Source: Octopus vulgaris
Taxonomy: Eukaryota
Assembly (NCBI GenBank): GCA_951406725.2
Contig: OX597841.1
Location: 3,162,001-3,226,000 of the forward strand
Length of the DNA: 64,000 nt
Direction of reading: 5' to 3'
A program made the translations under genes and the position numbers. Below the pieces are notes generated by a model, which made no database searches, was not told the DNA's origin, and saw nothing but the letters and a program-made list of their open reading frames with translations. Positions within the stretch are counted from its first letter, which is position 1, and every line of letters begins with the position of its first letter. Below, in pieces: positions 1 to 12,519 of the stretch.

Positions 1-603
1 TGTACAGGTAAAATAAACATAGAAAATTGGGGAATCGCTCTGCTAGTAATATATATAATACATACACTTATAACTTTACTACCCTTTATGAGACATTTCT
101 GTAAGTATTAAACAGCTTACAGATTAAAAGGATAATAGGGATAGAGACAGGTGTTTCGCTATAGAAAAGGCTCAAGTGTATACCTGTTGGAAAAGGAGGA
201 AGAGAAAGATTCAGATGGGGAGAATGAGAGAGATGGTGGTGGGTTTGTGTCAGGATGTACCCTTGAGATACAGTGGTGGGTAAATATAGGTGAAGTGATA
301 CAGAGGATAACTTCATTTAACTATATGGGACTATCCTACTCCATCAGATATTCTCAGTGTCTCCACAGTAACTCCTGATGGACAATGGCCTTTCCTTGTC
401 TTTATATCTTTAATTGCCTTATCTATCATTCTGCAGTCAACTAGGATATCTAGTCTCTCAGTTGTATTCACACAGGGAAGATTAATATAAATGTGTTTGT
501 GTGAGAAAGAGAGAGTGTATGTATACATTTATGTTAGTCTTTCTATGTCCATAAATATGATGTGTGTTCTATAAATATTTATGTAGGTTTAATTATACGA
601 GTT

Positions 604-1266
604 TTGATCAACATCAATGGAAATTGCAGCTGTCATACCAGTGCCGGTGGTATGTAAGAGAACCATCCGAACGTTGCCAGCGCCGCTCCGACTGGCCTCG
701 TGCCTGTGGCACGTAAAAAGCACCATCCGATTGTGGCCGTTTGCCAGCCTCGCCTGGCCCCCATGCCGGTGGCACGTAAAAAGCACCAACCGATTGTGGC
801 CGTTTGCCAGCCTCGCCTGGCCCCCATGCCGGTGGCACGTAAAAAGCACCATCCGATCGTGGCCGTTTGCCAGTCTTGCCTGACCCCCATGCCGATGGCA
901 CGTAAAAAGCACCAACCGATCGTGGCCGTTTGCCAGCCTTGCCTGGCCCCCATGCCGGTGGCACGTAAAAAGCACCATCCGATTGTGGCCGTTTGCCAGT
1001 CTTGCCTGGCCCCCATGCCGGTGGCACATAAAAAGCACCAACCAATCGTGGTCGTTCGCCAGCCTCGCCTGGCACCTGTGTCGGTGGCACGTAAAAAGCA
1101 CCCACTGCACTCACGGTGTGGTTGGCATTAGGAAGGGCATCCAGCCGTAGAAACACTGCCAGATCTGACTGGGCCTGATGAAGCCTTCCAGCTTCACAGA
1201 CCCCAGTTGAACCGTCCAACCCATGCTAGCATGGAGAACGGACGCTAAATGATGATGATGATGATG
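604..1266 (+). mobile_element. Non-autonomous retroelement family D with (TGA)n tail and internal 63-bp tandem array
   Basis: AC(G/A)TAAAAAGCACC recurs at 711, 774, 837, 900, 963, 1026 and 1089. The 3' end is ...CCCATGCTAGCATGGAGAACGGACGCTAAAT(GAT)n. Confidence 0.85.
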
Positions 1267-1807
1267 ATACACTTATAACTTTACTACCCTTTCTAAGACA
1301 TTTCTGTACGTATTAAACAGCTTACAGATTAAAAGAATAATAGGGATAGAGACAGGTGTTTCGCTATAGAAAAGGCACAAGTGTATACCTGTTGGAAAAG
1401 GAGGAAGAGAAAGATTCAGATGGGGAGAATGAGAGAGATGGTGGTGGGTTTGTGTCAGGATGTACCCTTGAGATACAGTGGCGGGTAAATATAGGTGAAG
1501 TGATACAGAGGATAACTTCATTAACCATATGGGACTATCCTACTCCATCAGATATTCTAAGTGTCTCCACGGTAACTTCTGATGGACAAAGGCCTTTCCT
1601 TGTCTTTATATCTTTAATTGCCTTATCTATCATTCTGCAGTCAACTAGGATATCTAGTCTCTCAGTTGTATTCACACAGGGAAGATTAATATAAATGTGT
1701 TTGTGTGAGAAAGAGAGAGTGTATGTATACATTTATGTTAGTCTTTTTATGTCCATAAACATGATTTGTGTTCTATAAATATTTATGTAGGTTTAATTAT
1801 ACGAGTT

Positions 1808-2403
1808 TTGATCAACATCAATGGAAATTGCAGCTGTGATACCAGTGCCAGTGGTACGTAAGAGAACCATCCGAACGTTGCCAGCGCCGCTCCGACTGGC
1901 CTCGTGCCTGTGGCACGTAAAAAGCACCATCCGATTGTGGCCGTTTGCCAGCCTCGCCTGGCCCCCGTCACGGTGGCATGTAAAAAGCACCATCCGATCG
2001 TGGTCGTTTGCCAGTCTTGCCTGGCCCCCATGCCGGTGGCATGTAAAAAGCACCAACCGATCGTGGTCGTTGCCAGCCTCGCCTGGCCCCCGTGCCGGTG
2101 GCACATAAAAAGCACCAACCGATCGTGGTTGTTTGCCAGCCTCGTCTGGCCCCCGTGCCGGTGGCACGTAAAAAGCACCAACCGATTGTGGTCGTTCGCC
2201 AGCCTCGCCTGGCACCTGTGTCGGTGGCACGTAAAAAGCAACCACTACACTCACGGTGTGGTTGGCATTAGGAAGGGCATCCAGCCGTAGAAACACTGCC
2301 AGATCAGACTGGGCCTGGTGCAGCCTTCTGGCTTCCCAGACCCCAGTTGAACCGTCCAACCCATGCTAGCATGGAAAGCGGATGCTAAACGAAGATGATG
2401 AGG
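1808..2403 (+). mobile_element. Family D retroelement, second copy, with 13-bp TSD
   Basis: TSD AATTATACGAGTT at 1795-1807 and 2404-2416. It has one fewer 63-bp unit than the first copy. Confidence 0.85.
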
Positions 2404-2589
2404 AATTATACGAGTTCTTTTAGTGAGTGTTTGTATTGACTAAATGTATACGCGCGTGTGTGCATATATCTAGGTAGGAATGTGTTTATAGAGATGTGTA
2501 CTTTTTATTTGCGACTTCAAAATTGCCAGCGAGGTTATAGAAGAACTGATCAGATTTTCAGATAGAATGTAACGAGGGAATCGTTAGCA

Positions 2590-2814
2590 GGCGATCTTTC
2601 GTCTCTAGTAGACCTTTCCGTCGATTTCCGTAAAAATTTTTTTTTTTTTACATATGGGCTTGCGGGAACTTTTGAAGTAATATACATACATATACACATA
2701 CACCGAGTAAAAAATTTCAGTTATCTCTTTCTTTCACACATTACTCTGTCTCTTCACACACACTAACAGAAGCACTTCACTTACACAACATACTGTCTGT
2801 CTCCCCCACCCCAT

Positions 2815-2852
<38 letters not shown>

Positions 2853-3027
2853 CATCAATGCTCCCATGCACGGTAACTTCAAAAGAACTTCCCTCGTCAT
2901 ACAATCGCTTTCTCTTAGTCTCTTTCGCTCTCATTACTTCAAAAGTTCCCGCAAGCCCATATGTAAAAAAAAGAAAAATTTTTTTACGGAAATCGACGGA
3001 AAGGTCTACTAGAGACGAAAGATTGCC
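2590..3027. mobile_element. MITE with ~90-bp TIRs, GG...CC termini and 8-bp TSD (Merlin-like or hAT-like)
   Basis: GGCGATCTTTCGTCTCTAGTAGACC...TTTTGAAGTAAT is mirrored at ~2932-3027. TSD CGTTAGCA at 2582-2589 and 3028-3035. Confidence 0.88.
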
Positions 3028-3210
3028 CGTTAGCACGCCGGGCGAAATGCTTAGCAGTTTTTCGTCTGACGCTACGTTCTGAGTTCAAATTCCGCCGAGG
3101 TCGACTTCGCCTTCCATCCTTTTCGGGGGTCGATATAATCGACTTAATCCGCTTGTCTGCCTTTGTTCGTCCCCTCTGTGTGTCGCCCCTTGTGGACAGT
3201 AAAGAGATAA
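3028..3210 (+). mobile_element. SINE-like family C copy, interrupted at its head by the MITE
   Basis: CGTTAGCACGCCGGGCGAAATG...GAGTTCAAATTCCGCCGAGGTCGAC, matching copies at 22055 and 58460. Confidence 0.75.
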
Positions 3211-3249
3211 GAACGCAACGAGAGACAAGTGCGAGACATATATTAAAAA

Positions 3250-3416
3250 TACGCATGCGCACCATACGTACTTCCGCTTATACCTTAATAGCGGAATAAT
3301 TTCTCTCGTTTGCTTGAGGTTCTGTTAATTAAATGATAATAGTTATAATGCATTTTTCGACTCCCAGATACACGCATATATAAGATCACTGTCCTTTACG
3401 AAACATTTCCGTAAGT
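3250..3416 (+). promoter_or_regulatory. Putative promoter and non-coding exon 1 of ZNF-1
   Basis: NRF1-like TACGCATGCGCA 3250-3261, ETS-like ACTTCCG 3270-3276, donor GTAAGT 3411-3416. Matching acceptor AG at 4673-4674. Confidence 0.65.
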
Positions 3417-3658
3417 ATTTTACAATGAAAATATTCAGTCTCTTAATTCTATAGCTGTTTCGGTTCTTGACGCGCCGATTCTTTGTCCTTCTTCTGTCTT
3501 TTATGATCGAGAGACATCCTTGGTTTGTGCTAAATTTCGCTGTTCCTAATTATGGAAACTACCTTCTACACTTTGCATTGCATCGTTGCCGCGTTAGTTT
3601 GTTGTTGTGTGTTTTAATTTGAGAAATATTCTGAAATACATTCAGAAACCAAATACTT

Positions 3659-3852
3659 GGCGATCTTTCGTCTCTAGTAGACCTTTCCGTCGATTTCCGT
3701 AAAAATTTTTTTTTTTTTTTTTTACATATGGGCTTGCGGGAACTTTTGAAGTAATATACATACATATACACATACACCGAGTAAAAAATTTCAGTTATCT
3801 CTTTCTTTCACACATTACTCTGTCTCTTCACACATACTAACAGAAGCACTTC
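3659..3852. mobile_element. Truncated left half of the GGCGATC MITE
   Basis: Near-identical to 2590-~2780, broken off where the next element begins. Confidence 0.8.
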
Positions 3853-3857
3853 CGGTT

Positions 3858-4590
3858 AATATAGGGCGTTACGATTATCAGAAAATCAAAAAAAAATGTG
3901 TGTAATAGGTGTAAAACAACTTCCTATGAACGAATATGATAAAAAAAATTCGCGCGCGCATCGCGAAAAGGGTGTGGGGAGAGGCCTCGGAAAATTCACA
4001 TCGGAATTGTCCTGAAAGCGCCTCTGGAGGAAAAAATTCGCGCCGCTAGAAAGAGGGGGGGGAGAGGCCTCGGAAAATTCACATCGGGAATTCCGAAAGC
4101 GTCTGGGGCTGACCCGGGCACCAAAACAAAAAAAAATAGTGTAATATGTGTAAAACAACTTGCTCTAAACGAATATTACAAAAAATATGCGCTCTCGCGA
4201 AAGAGGGGTGGGGGAGAGGCCTCGGAAAATTTATATCGGGAATTTCCGAAAGCGTCTGAACCGGGCACAAAAACAAAAACAGCGTAATAGGTGTAAAACA
4301 ACTTGCTCTAAACGACTATGATGAAAAAAATGCGCGCTCGCGAAAGGGGGGTGGGGGAGAGGCTTCGGAAATTTCACATCTTCAGTCCACGGCCTTTAAA
4401 CTAAGAAAAAATAGTGTAATTGGTGTAAAACTACTTGTTCTAAACGATTATCAAGAACACACACTCACACATGAATCATAAACTCCGTATTTTTGTACAT
4501 ATTTCGCAAAAAAAAAATAAATAAAGAGAAGTTGTTTTACACCTATTACATTTTTTTTTGTTTCTTTGAATGGCGTAACGCTTTAGTTTA
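3858..4590. mobile_element. Foldback/MITE-like element with imperfect TIRs and internal GC-rich repeats
   Basis: Left GCGTTACG...AAAAAAAAATGTGTGTAATAGGTGTAAAACAACTTC is mirrored by GAAGTTGTTTTACACCTATTACATTTTTTTTT...CGTAACGC. Four GGGGAGAGGC(C/T)TCGGAAA repeats lie inside. Confidence 0.65.
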
Positions 4591-5015
4591 ACCATTTTTG
4601 GTAGTTGAATCTGCATTTTTTAAGTAACCCCTATAACTTACAAGGTTGTTTTTTTTTTTTTATTATTATTTTAGAATATGATGACATTTGGGATACCAAA
4701 AGATATATACTCCTTATGTATCATCTTTTGAAGACTGAAGAAAAATGTTGTACAGAAGAGATATATAACACTGTTTCTATAAATCTTTGGCAGAATTCCT
4801 TTGAGCTATTTGTTCTGCACTGAAATCATCACCAAAATTGATGTATATTTCTGACTGGAGTGCTAAAACATGAATTAGTGTGCTAACAAAAATTGCATAA
4901 ATTTATATGAGGCAACATGGAACAGAACTACAACAGTGGAAGCATTTGTAAGGAATAAACTTAAAGAACAGAAGCAAGAATAAAATATATCCATTGTGAT
5001 TTAAGAAGAAAAATA

Positions 5016-6353
5016 ATGGAAGAAAGTGAGAAACTTAAGGATGTGATTTTCCCTGCAGGCATGATAAAAGAGAAAAGTAAATTGTCGTATGACTGTGATA
5101 CCTGTAAAAAGTCATTCCCACAAGAAGGTAACCTAAATACTCATAAATGTATTCATACAAGGGAAAAGCCATATTGCTGTTATATATGTGGTACATCATT
5201 CACTGGAAGTATTAAATTAACTAGGCATGTACGTGTTCATACGGGGGAGAAGCCATATCAGTGTGATATCTGTGGTAAATCATTCTCTCAAAATGTGTTA
5301 ACGACCCACAAACGTAGTCATACAGGTGAGAAGCCGTATCACTGTGATATCTGTGGTAAATCATTCTCTCGAAGTTATCACGTGACTTCTCATAAACGTA
5401 TTCATACAGGAGAGAAGCCGTATCACTGTGATATCTGTGGTAAATCATTCTCTGTAAGTAGTAACTTAACTACTCACAAACATACTCACACAGGAGAGAA
5501 GCCATTTCACTGTGACGTCTGTGGTAAATCATTCTCTGCAAATAGTCACTTAACTACACACAAACGTATTCATTCAGGAGAGAAACCATACCACTGTGAT
5601 ATTTGTGGTAAGTCATTCTCTGGTAGTGGTGACTTCACGAAGCACAAACGTATTCATTCAGGAGAAAAGCCATTTCACTGTGATATTTGTGGTAAATCAT
5701 TCTCTGAAAGTTATAAAGTAACTAAGCACAAGCGTATTCATTCAGGAGAGAAGCCATATCACTGTGATATCTGTGGTAAGTCTTTCTCTCAAAGTTACAA
5801 CTTGACTAAACACAAACTTATTCATTCTAGAATGAAATCATTTCACTGTGATTTGTGTGGTAAATCATTCTCTTTAAGCAGTCACTTAGCTGAACACAAA
5901 AGTATTCACACAGTGGAAAAGAGATATCTCTGTGATATCTGTGGTAAATCATTCTTCAAACGCCGTGCGCTAAATAGGCACAAACGTATTCATACTGGTG
6001 AGAAGCCATTTCATTGTGATATCTGTGGTAAATCATTCCGCATAAGTAGTGACTATACTAAACACAAGCGTATTCATTCGGGAGAGAAGCCATATCACTG
6101 TGATATCTGTGGTAAATCATTCTCTCAAAGTAATAATTTAACAAAACACAAACATATTCATACAGGAGAGAAACCATATCATTGTGATATCTGTGGTAAA
6201 TCATTCTCTCAAAGTCATAACTTAACTTCTCACAAACGTATTCATTCAGGAGAAAAGCCACATCATTGTGACATCTGTGGTAAATCCTTCTCTGTAATTA
6301 GTAACCTAACTTCTCACAAACGTATTCACACAGGAGAGAAGCCATATCTCTGA
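5016..6353 (+). CDS. C2H2 zinc-finger protein ZNF-1, 15 fingers, no KRAB/BTB/SCAN recognised
   Basis: 445-aa ORF of CxxC...HxxxH repeats with TGEKP linkers. About two vestigial out-of-frame fingers follow the stop. Confidence 0.95.
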   Translation: MEESEKLKDVIFPAGMIKEKSKLSYDCDTCKKSFPQEGNLNTHKCIHTREKPYCCYICGTSFTGSIKLTRHVRVHTGEKPYQCDICGKSFSQNVLTTHKRSHTGEKPYHCDICGKSFSRSYHVTSHKRIHTGEKPYHCDICGKSFSVSSNLTTHKHTHTGEKPFHCDVCGKSFSANSHLTTHKRIHSGEKPYHCDICGKSFSGSGDFTKHKRIHSGEKPFHCDICGKSFSESYKVTKHKRIHSGEKPYHCDICGKSFSQSYNLTKHKLIHSRMKSFHCDLCGKSFSLSSHLAEHKSIHTVEKRYLCDICGKSFFKRRALNRHKRIHTGEKPFHCDICGKSFRISSDYTKHKRIHSGEKPYHCDICGKSFSQSNNLTKHKHIHTGEKPYHCDICGKSFSQSHNLTSHKRIHSGEKPHHCDICGKSFSVISNLTSHKRIHTGEKPYL

Positions 6354-6669
6354 TGTATGTGATGAACCATTCTCTCAAATTAGTGACTCAGTTAAACACA
6401 TGTATTCATACATGAGACAAGTCATATCAGTGTGACATCTGTGATAAATCATTCTCTGAAGTTTATAAGAAAACTAAACCTGTATCTGTTCATATTGAAG
6501 TCTAATTGTATCAATATGAAAATTCATAACAATGACAGCAAACATTTTAAGTTGTGATAGCTTTGTTGGTTTTAGCCTTACTAAGAACTAAGCTAGTCAT
6601 AGTAGCTGTCTTCTATATCTGTTCAACATTTCCTAAATGTATATTTGAAACCTTGTCTTCATCCGTGCA

Positions 6670-6705
<36 letters not shown>

Positions 6706-6707
<2 letters not shown>

Positions 6708-7010
6708 TCATCATCGTCTAACGTCCGTTTTCCACGCTAGCACGTGTTGGATGGTTTTGACCGGGGTCTGGGGAGCCAGGGGCTGCCCCAGGCTCCAGTC
6801 TGGTCTGGCAGTGTTTCTACAGCTGGATGCCCTTCCTAACGCCAACCACTCCGCGAGTGTAGTGGGTGCTTTTTACGTGCCACCTGCACAGGTGCCAGAG
6901 GGGTCTGGCATCGGCCACGGTCAGTTGGTGCTTTTTATGTGCCACCTGCACAGAAGCCAGTCGGGGCGGTGCTGGCATCGGCCACGTTCGGATGGTGCTT
7001 TTTATGTGGG
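6706..7010 (-). mobile_element. Family D retroelement fragment
   Basis: (CAT)n then CGTCTAACGTCCG...GGATGCCCTTCCTAACGCC; follows a (TA)n microsatellite at ~6672-6705. Confidence 0.75.
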
Positions 7011-7430
7011 GGGGGAGGGTGCAGAAATATAGGGGAGCACCAGTGGGGAGGGGTGTTCGGAGAAACGATGACAGGTTCTATATCCTTATTCACACAGTTT
7101 TACATTGAAATTTAATTAACAAGCAAGGGATGGGATCAGATGATTTCAAGCATTGTAGAGACAATTAGCCGCCTGGTAATTAAGTTTGTTTGGTATGTAA
7201 TGAGTTTTTATCTTGTTTTTTTGTTTCATTTTTGATTTGATTTGTTGTGAAGTGAAATTGGTTCTACAAAAAATATACAATTTCCTGTCAATATATTCAT
7301 ATTTAAAACGTATTTCATTATTATATCTATAAACTGGTTATAAATTAAAAAGATGTAATAAAAAAGATTCCAATTGTCTTCTTGTTTAATATATCAACAC
7401 TTGTTTGAAAATAGTGGTTCACTTAAATCA

Positions 7431-7568
7431 CCATCATCATTTAACGTCCGCTTTCCATGCTAGCATGGGTTGGACGGTTCAACTGGGGTCTGGCGAGCCT
7501 GAAGGCTGCACCAGGCCAGTCAGATCTGGCAGTGTTTCTACAGCTGGATGCCCTTCCTAACGCCAACT
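7431..7568 (-). mobile_element. Family D 3'-end fragment
   Basis: CATCATCATTTAACGTCCGCTTTCCATGCTAGC...CCTAACGCCAAC. Confidence 0.75.
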
Positions 7569-7869
7569 AATACGTCATGAAATTTGTAAATAAATCACAA
7601 ATTCACAAAAAATATGTTAACGCAGTAATATTCTTTGGAAAACCTGGAATGGCTTATGTGGCAAATTTGTAAAATGTTGAATATTCTCTTCCTCCACCAA
7701 ACACAGTTGTTGTGTTAGCAAGAATTACAGAAATCACAAAAGAAACATCTCCTTCTAGTATATGTATTGTCTACTACAGTCTGGTATATTGGTTTGCATG
7801 ATGTGGGTGTGACAGGAAGGGTTAAGTAGAGAAGGTTGAGGAGTTATGCAGATATATGATCATTAATCA

Positions 7870-8264
7870 CTAGCAGTATCGCCCGGCGTTGCTCGGGTTT
7901 GTAAGGGAAATAACTATATAAACATTTTTAGAGATGTAAAGTATAATAGCCATCTCAATATGGCTAACTACAAAGGGAGCGGGTGTTACTGTAGCTTTTT
8001 ACGTTCTGAGATTTAATAATAAATTTTTAGAGTGTTACTTCCCTTATATATGCCAAAAATGCATTAAAAATGGGAAAAATTGATGGTAAATTTTTTTTTA
8101 AATCGTAGACTCATCGTAGACGCGCGCTAATACCCAGAAGGACTCAATATGAATCACGACTATAAGATACCCAGTTTTGGTTAAACTGCACCGCAAAATG
8201 TGGGAGGAGTTAGGAATCTAAATCGTAGGAGACAGACACACAACCTCCCTTTTATATATAAAGA
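7870..8264 (-). mobile_element. Non-autonomous Helitron
   Basis: The minus strand reads A|TCTTTATATATAAAAG...CCCGAGCAACGCCGGG (hairpin) CGATACTGCTAG|T: 5' TC, 3' CTAG, AT target, no TSD. Confidence 0.85.
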
Positions 8265-8389
8265 TTTGACTACAATAGAATTCAGATGGCAATGGGTGAG
8301 CTTAAGATGTATGTGTTGATAGTTATCAAAGAAAAGAAGTTATTTTTATAAGTAACAGTGCGGAATAAAGGTTTAAATTTGTTAGTTTA

Positions 8390-8876
8390 GGCGCAGGAGT
8401 GGCTGTGTGGTAAATGGCTTGCTAACCAACCACATGGTTCCGGATTCAGTCCCACTGCGTGGCATCTTGGGCAAGTGTCTTCTGCTATAGCCCCGGGCCG
8501 ACCAATGCCTTGTGAGTGGATTTGGTAGACGGAAACTGAAAGAAGCCTGTCGTATATATATGTGTCACGGTACGTCACTTATTCCCGGCCGATGCACATC
8601 GCTTTTACCGTCCAACCCATGCTAGCATGGAGAACGGACATTAAACGACGATGATGATGATGATGATGTGTTTGTTCCCCTAGCATTGCTTGACCACCGA
8701 TGCTGGTGTGTTTACGTCCCCGTTACTTAGCAGTTCGGCAAAAGAGACCGATAGAATAAGTACTGGGCTTACAAAAAAGAATAAGTCCCGGGGTCGATTT
8801 GCTCGACTAAAGGCGGTGCTCCAGCATGGCCGCAGTCAAATGACTGAAACAAATAAAAGAGAGAGAGTAAAGAGAG
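8390..8876 (+). mobile_element. tRNA-derived SINE family A with nested family D 3' end (~8567-8667)
   Basis: Head GGCGCAGGAGTGGCTGTGTGG with B-box-like GGATTCAGTCCC and a purine-rich tail. About 11 copies in the window. Confidence 0.85.
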
Positions 8877-9156
8877 TTTAGTGAAGGGTATGCATAAGGT
8901 TAGGAGTAGCAAATGAGTAAAAACACAAAGACCTTAAATCTTGTACATTAGCAGAGAATATCCAAAGTGGATGCTAAAATATGTTATGTGATCACTAGAG
9001 AAGAACGTTTAGTCAAACTGTTGTAATGTAATTCCAATTAAAATAATGAAATTGAAAATTATAGAATATGGAATAGTATAGTGTTCAAAAAGTGGTAAAT
9101 GTAAGTGAAAAAAGGAAGTGAATAAAGATGTTGTGATAAGTATATAGAAAAATACA

Positions 9157-9549
9157 GTGGAGGCGCAATGGCCCAGTGGTTAGGGCAGTGGACTCGCGGT
9201 CATAGGATCGCGGTTTCGATTCCCAGACTGCGCGTTGTGAGTGTTTATTGAGCGAAAGCACCTAAAGCTCCACGAGGCTCCGGCAGCGGATGGTGGTGAA
9301 CCCTGCTGTACTCTTTCACCACAACTTTCTCTCACTCTTACTTCCTGTTTCTGTTGTACCTGTATTTCAAAGGGGCCAGCCTTGTCAATCTCTGTGTCAC
9401 GCTGAATATCCCCGAGAACTACGTTAAGGGTACACGTGTCTGTGGAGTGCTCAGCCACTTACACGTTAATTTCACGAGCAGGCTGTTCCGTTGATTCGGA
9501 TCAACCGGAACCCTCGTCGTCGTAACCGACGGAGTGCTTCCCCCCACCC
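9157..9549 (+). mobile_element. tRNA-derived SINE family B with TSD
   Basis: A-box TGGCCCAGTGG, B-box GGTTTCGATTCC. TSD TAGAAAAATAC at 9145-9155 and 9550-9560. Confidence 0.88.
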
Positions 9550-9754
9550 TAGAAAAATACTCATCAGTAGAGGTGACAAATAAGGTGGAGTTTAATAAAG
9601 TATAAGAGGTACATCTACTTTATGCAGGTGAGACATGTTGAGAGATTCAGAGCACTACATTTAGATTTGTGATAAAACTGGAACATCTTGAAGAATCTGT
9701 GGACACAGATGGTAAATGCTTCGTTGTGTTTATTTGATAATAGTAGTGACTTAA

Positions 9755-9966
9755 CCCTTTAGCATTTAAACCGGCCAAAAGTATTCTACCTGTTTTATGA
9801 CCAAATTGGCCAGATCTGGTCTCTCATACCAACCCTACAATATCGTTTTAAAAATCAACAGCTACCTCATCAAAATCTCATAGCTACAAGATAATGCATG
9901 ATTAGTTCAAAACAGTGTGGATGAAAAAAGGATTAATTTTGGCAGAATAATGCAAACACTAAAGGG
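9755..9966. mobile_element. piggyBac-type MITE
   Basis: TTAA|CCCTTTAGCATTT...AAACACTAAAGGG|TTAA. Confidence 0.82.
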
Positions 9967-11129
9967 TTAAGTAACAGAATTTGTTAATATTTTGTTAAAT
10001 ATAACCACCATGGGTCATTTTTGTCCTGGCATGGAACACCAATATCTATGATAGACCAAATGATATTATATGGTACGTTGTTTTTCTTAAGGTTCTGTAT
10101 GTGGTTAACTAGTGAGATAGATTTATTGTGTTAATCAGATTTAAAGAAACTCAGGTGGGCTAAGTATCAGCACTTCAAATTGACCTTGCCCTCAGTAATA
10201 GAGTTTTGTTGTATGCTAAGAAGGTGCACTTGAAAAGAATGTTGAATTATCTGCAGCAGTTGCTATGTAGGGGACAGTTATTAGTCCTGGGTATGACTGT
10301 AAACTGCATCCGGTACTGGGGCCCTGGTTCAGGGTTTTGAGGAGTGTGGAACCACCTCTTAGCCAGTATTGTTCCCAGGTCTACTCTGACCCGGAGTAGT
10401 AGCACCTGTAAGGGTCCCAGCTATGGGTTAACTAGCATATCATGGAATTGGTTTGGAAAGAAGGTCACTGAGAGACGCACCAATAGAGAAGAGACCCTTC
10501 AACTCCTTAGAATCCTGAAAACCACTGGGCTTGTGGTGGTTGTTGCACCAAGCTAATACAAGTTTGATGAACCAGGGAGAAGGACTGGCTGTGCACAAAC
10601 CATGCCCACCATTATAATATTTGTCGTGCAAGTTGTTCAACAAACCAAGGTAGCAACATTATCACACTTTCTTCAAAATCCCCTGGTGATAGGGAAAGCA
10701 GCCACAAAGACAAGGAGAGGGTGTTGCTGGACATCTTTAGCTTTGACTCTGCAAATAGATGGCCAAAGGACGATGGTTTTCTGTGTTTTGTTGAATCCTT
10801 GTTGGTTAAAGCAACAATAGAGTCCATACATATAAATAAGATGAGCTTCTTTCAGTTTCCATCTATCAAAAAGCCTGGCAGCCCAAGGTATTAGTAGAAG
10901 ACACCTAGAGTGCCATGCAGTGGGACTGAACCTGGAACCTTCAGTTGGGAGCAAACCACAGCCTCCCCTGCACCTATTGCAGAACATCTTTTCAAATACC
11001 AATCACCAGTATTTTGAACTCTTCGCACAAGTCTTTGAATTCAACAATATCCATTCTCTTCACTGAACTCTTCTTTAATAGCATCATCTTTCAGACAAGT
11101 CACAACTTCTTTGGAATGGTCAAACCAAT

Positions 11130-11780
11130 GAATCTTATTTTCAGTTTTATAACAAACTTACATTACATTTGTATGAACGAGATGATGGTCAGTCCAGTAT
11201 TGAGCTCCCCACATAATGTGGACACTACGCACATCATCAACTTCACACCTAACAAATATAAACAAATTCAATTCTATGCCACTGCCTCAAGCCTTAACAC
11301 TTCTAGGTTCTGTTCTGTTTATCTGCTTTCTGGTACATGGTGTTTGCCATGCACAACTCCAGCTCCCAGTATATTTGCAACAGTATGTCTAGGTTTGGTA
11401 ATCCTTGCCAACTCGGGCACTGAAGACTGCAAGTATAACAATGTTATCGGTGCAAGGAATTTTGCAAACAAACTTTAATGAAATATAAAAATGCTAAATT
11501 TTCATCTTGAGGAACACTTGGTTGGAGAGTCGACACTCACTAGAGTAACAAATTTGTTGTTTAACAATGGCAGCTCTTAGAACCTATGAAATTCTTTACT
11601 GCAAATGCTACACCAGCTTTCCTCTTGTACCCTTCAATTGTTGTTCCTTTGAAAAGTTTAACCACCACATTGTTCTGTAATGTGACCCCTCTTCAGAGAT
11701 TCTTGTTTTAAACAACACCATTACAGCCATGTTATATAGATGCAGCTCCTATGCTACAAAGACTGTTCTTCTTTCAGGCC
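11130..11780 (-). mobile_element. Degenerate RTE-clade LINE, AP endonuclease region
   Basis: Minus-strand fragments AGVAFAVK, TLVSVDSPT, IVILAVFSARVG and GAQYWTDHHLV resemble APE motifs GVGFAIK, ISAYAPT, ILGDFNARVG and CWTDHRLV. Confidence 0.6.
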
Positions 11781-12519
11781 AGAAGAATTGTAATGTAATA
11801 TTCAAGCAATCAATATTTAAATGTCTGAATATTCTTAAAGTAGCAAGGTGACGGCTGGGTTTAGCCTGCAATGCCCTAGTTTGCCTAGTGTCTTTCACTA
11901 TCTGTTCCTGAGCCCTTACTGTATTATTACTCTGTGAGGGAAGAGTTATTAAATTAACAAAAAATAATGGTACTCATTAGTGAATCTTAGCATTGAGTTG
12001 TTCAGTCAACATCAGCTGCTTGGGGAGGAAAAAGTTAACACACTTGTCCAAGATTGAATCTGTGTTTATAGGCTTTATCAATTATAATTCCTTTCCAATA
12101 TAACATCAGTCTCAGATCAAAACTCTTGCACATTTCAAAATCTGGAACAAATTGCTTTTATTAAATGTGACAAAGGTGTTTTATCTCACCAATGCAGATG
12201 TTTTTGGTGTGATATAAACTATAGTTTTGGGAGGCTGTTGTTACAAATATTTCTTCTTTCCCTTGTGAATACATTTATTATTGATTTTTAATAGAAAGAA
12301 TTATAACTAGGCTGTATCTCTGCAACCTGTAAGCGGTTACTAACTGGTATGGCATCAAGAAAGGGCAGCCTGCTGTGATTGACAACCTAAAAAAGGGAGC
12401 CACAATGATTGGCTTAGTTATTGCCATGGCCCCCAAGTCCACTCGCCTAACACCCAAATTTAGGTGGAGTTTAAAATGTATGTTATGAATTTTCCCATTG
12501 ATAAAGACATACTGCCATA

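Larger units (their letters stand above)
62..2403 (+). repeat. Tandem direct duplication, ~1.2 kb unit (62-1266 and 1267-2403)
   Basis: Both copies start ATACACTTATAACTTTACTACCC and run near-identically through a family D element. The junction lies in the (TGA)n tail. Confidence 0.92.

Noticed and set aside
700-1100. CRISPR-like periodicity here and in the finger arrays
   Set aside because: Units are contiguous with no unique spacers, the finger arrays are coding, there are no cas genes, and the context is eukaryotic.
589-2359. Long overlapping ORFs on both strands
   Set aside because: Produced by the 63-bp minisatellite in a dispersed repeat; no independent gene evidence.
8390-9240. tRNA-like heads of SINE families A and B as tRNA genes
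   Set aside because: No complete cloverleaf; fused to repeated bodies with tails and TSDs.
10945-11478. 177-aa plus-strand ORF
   Set aside because: TTG start, and antisense to a degenerate RTE endonuclease.
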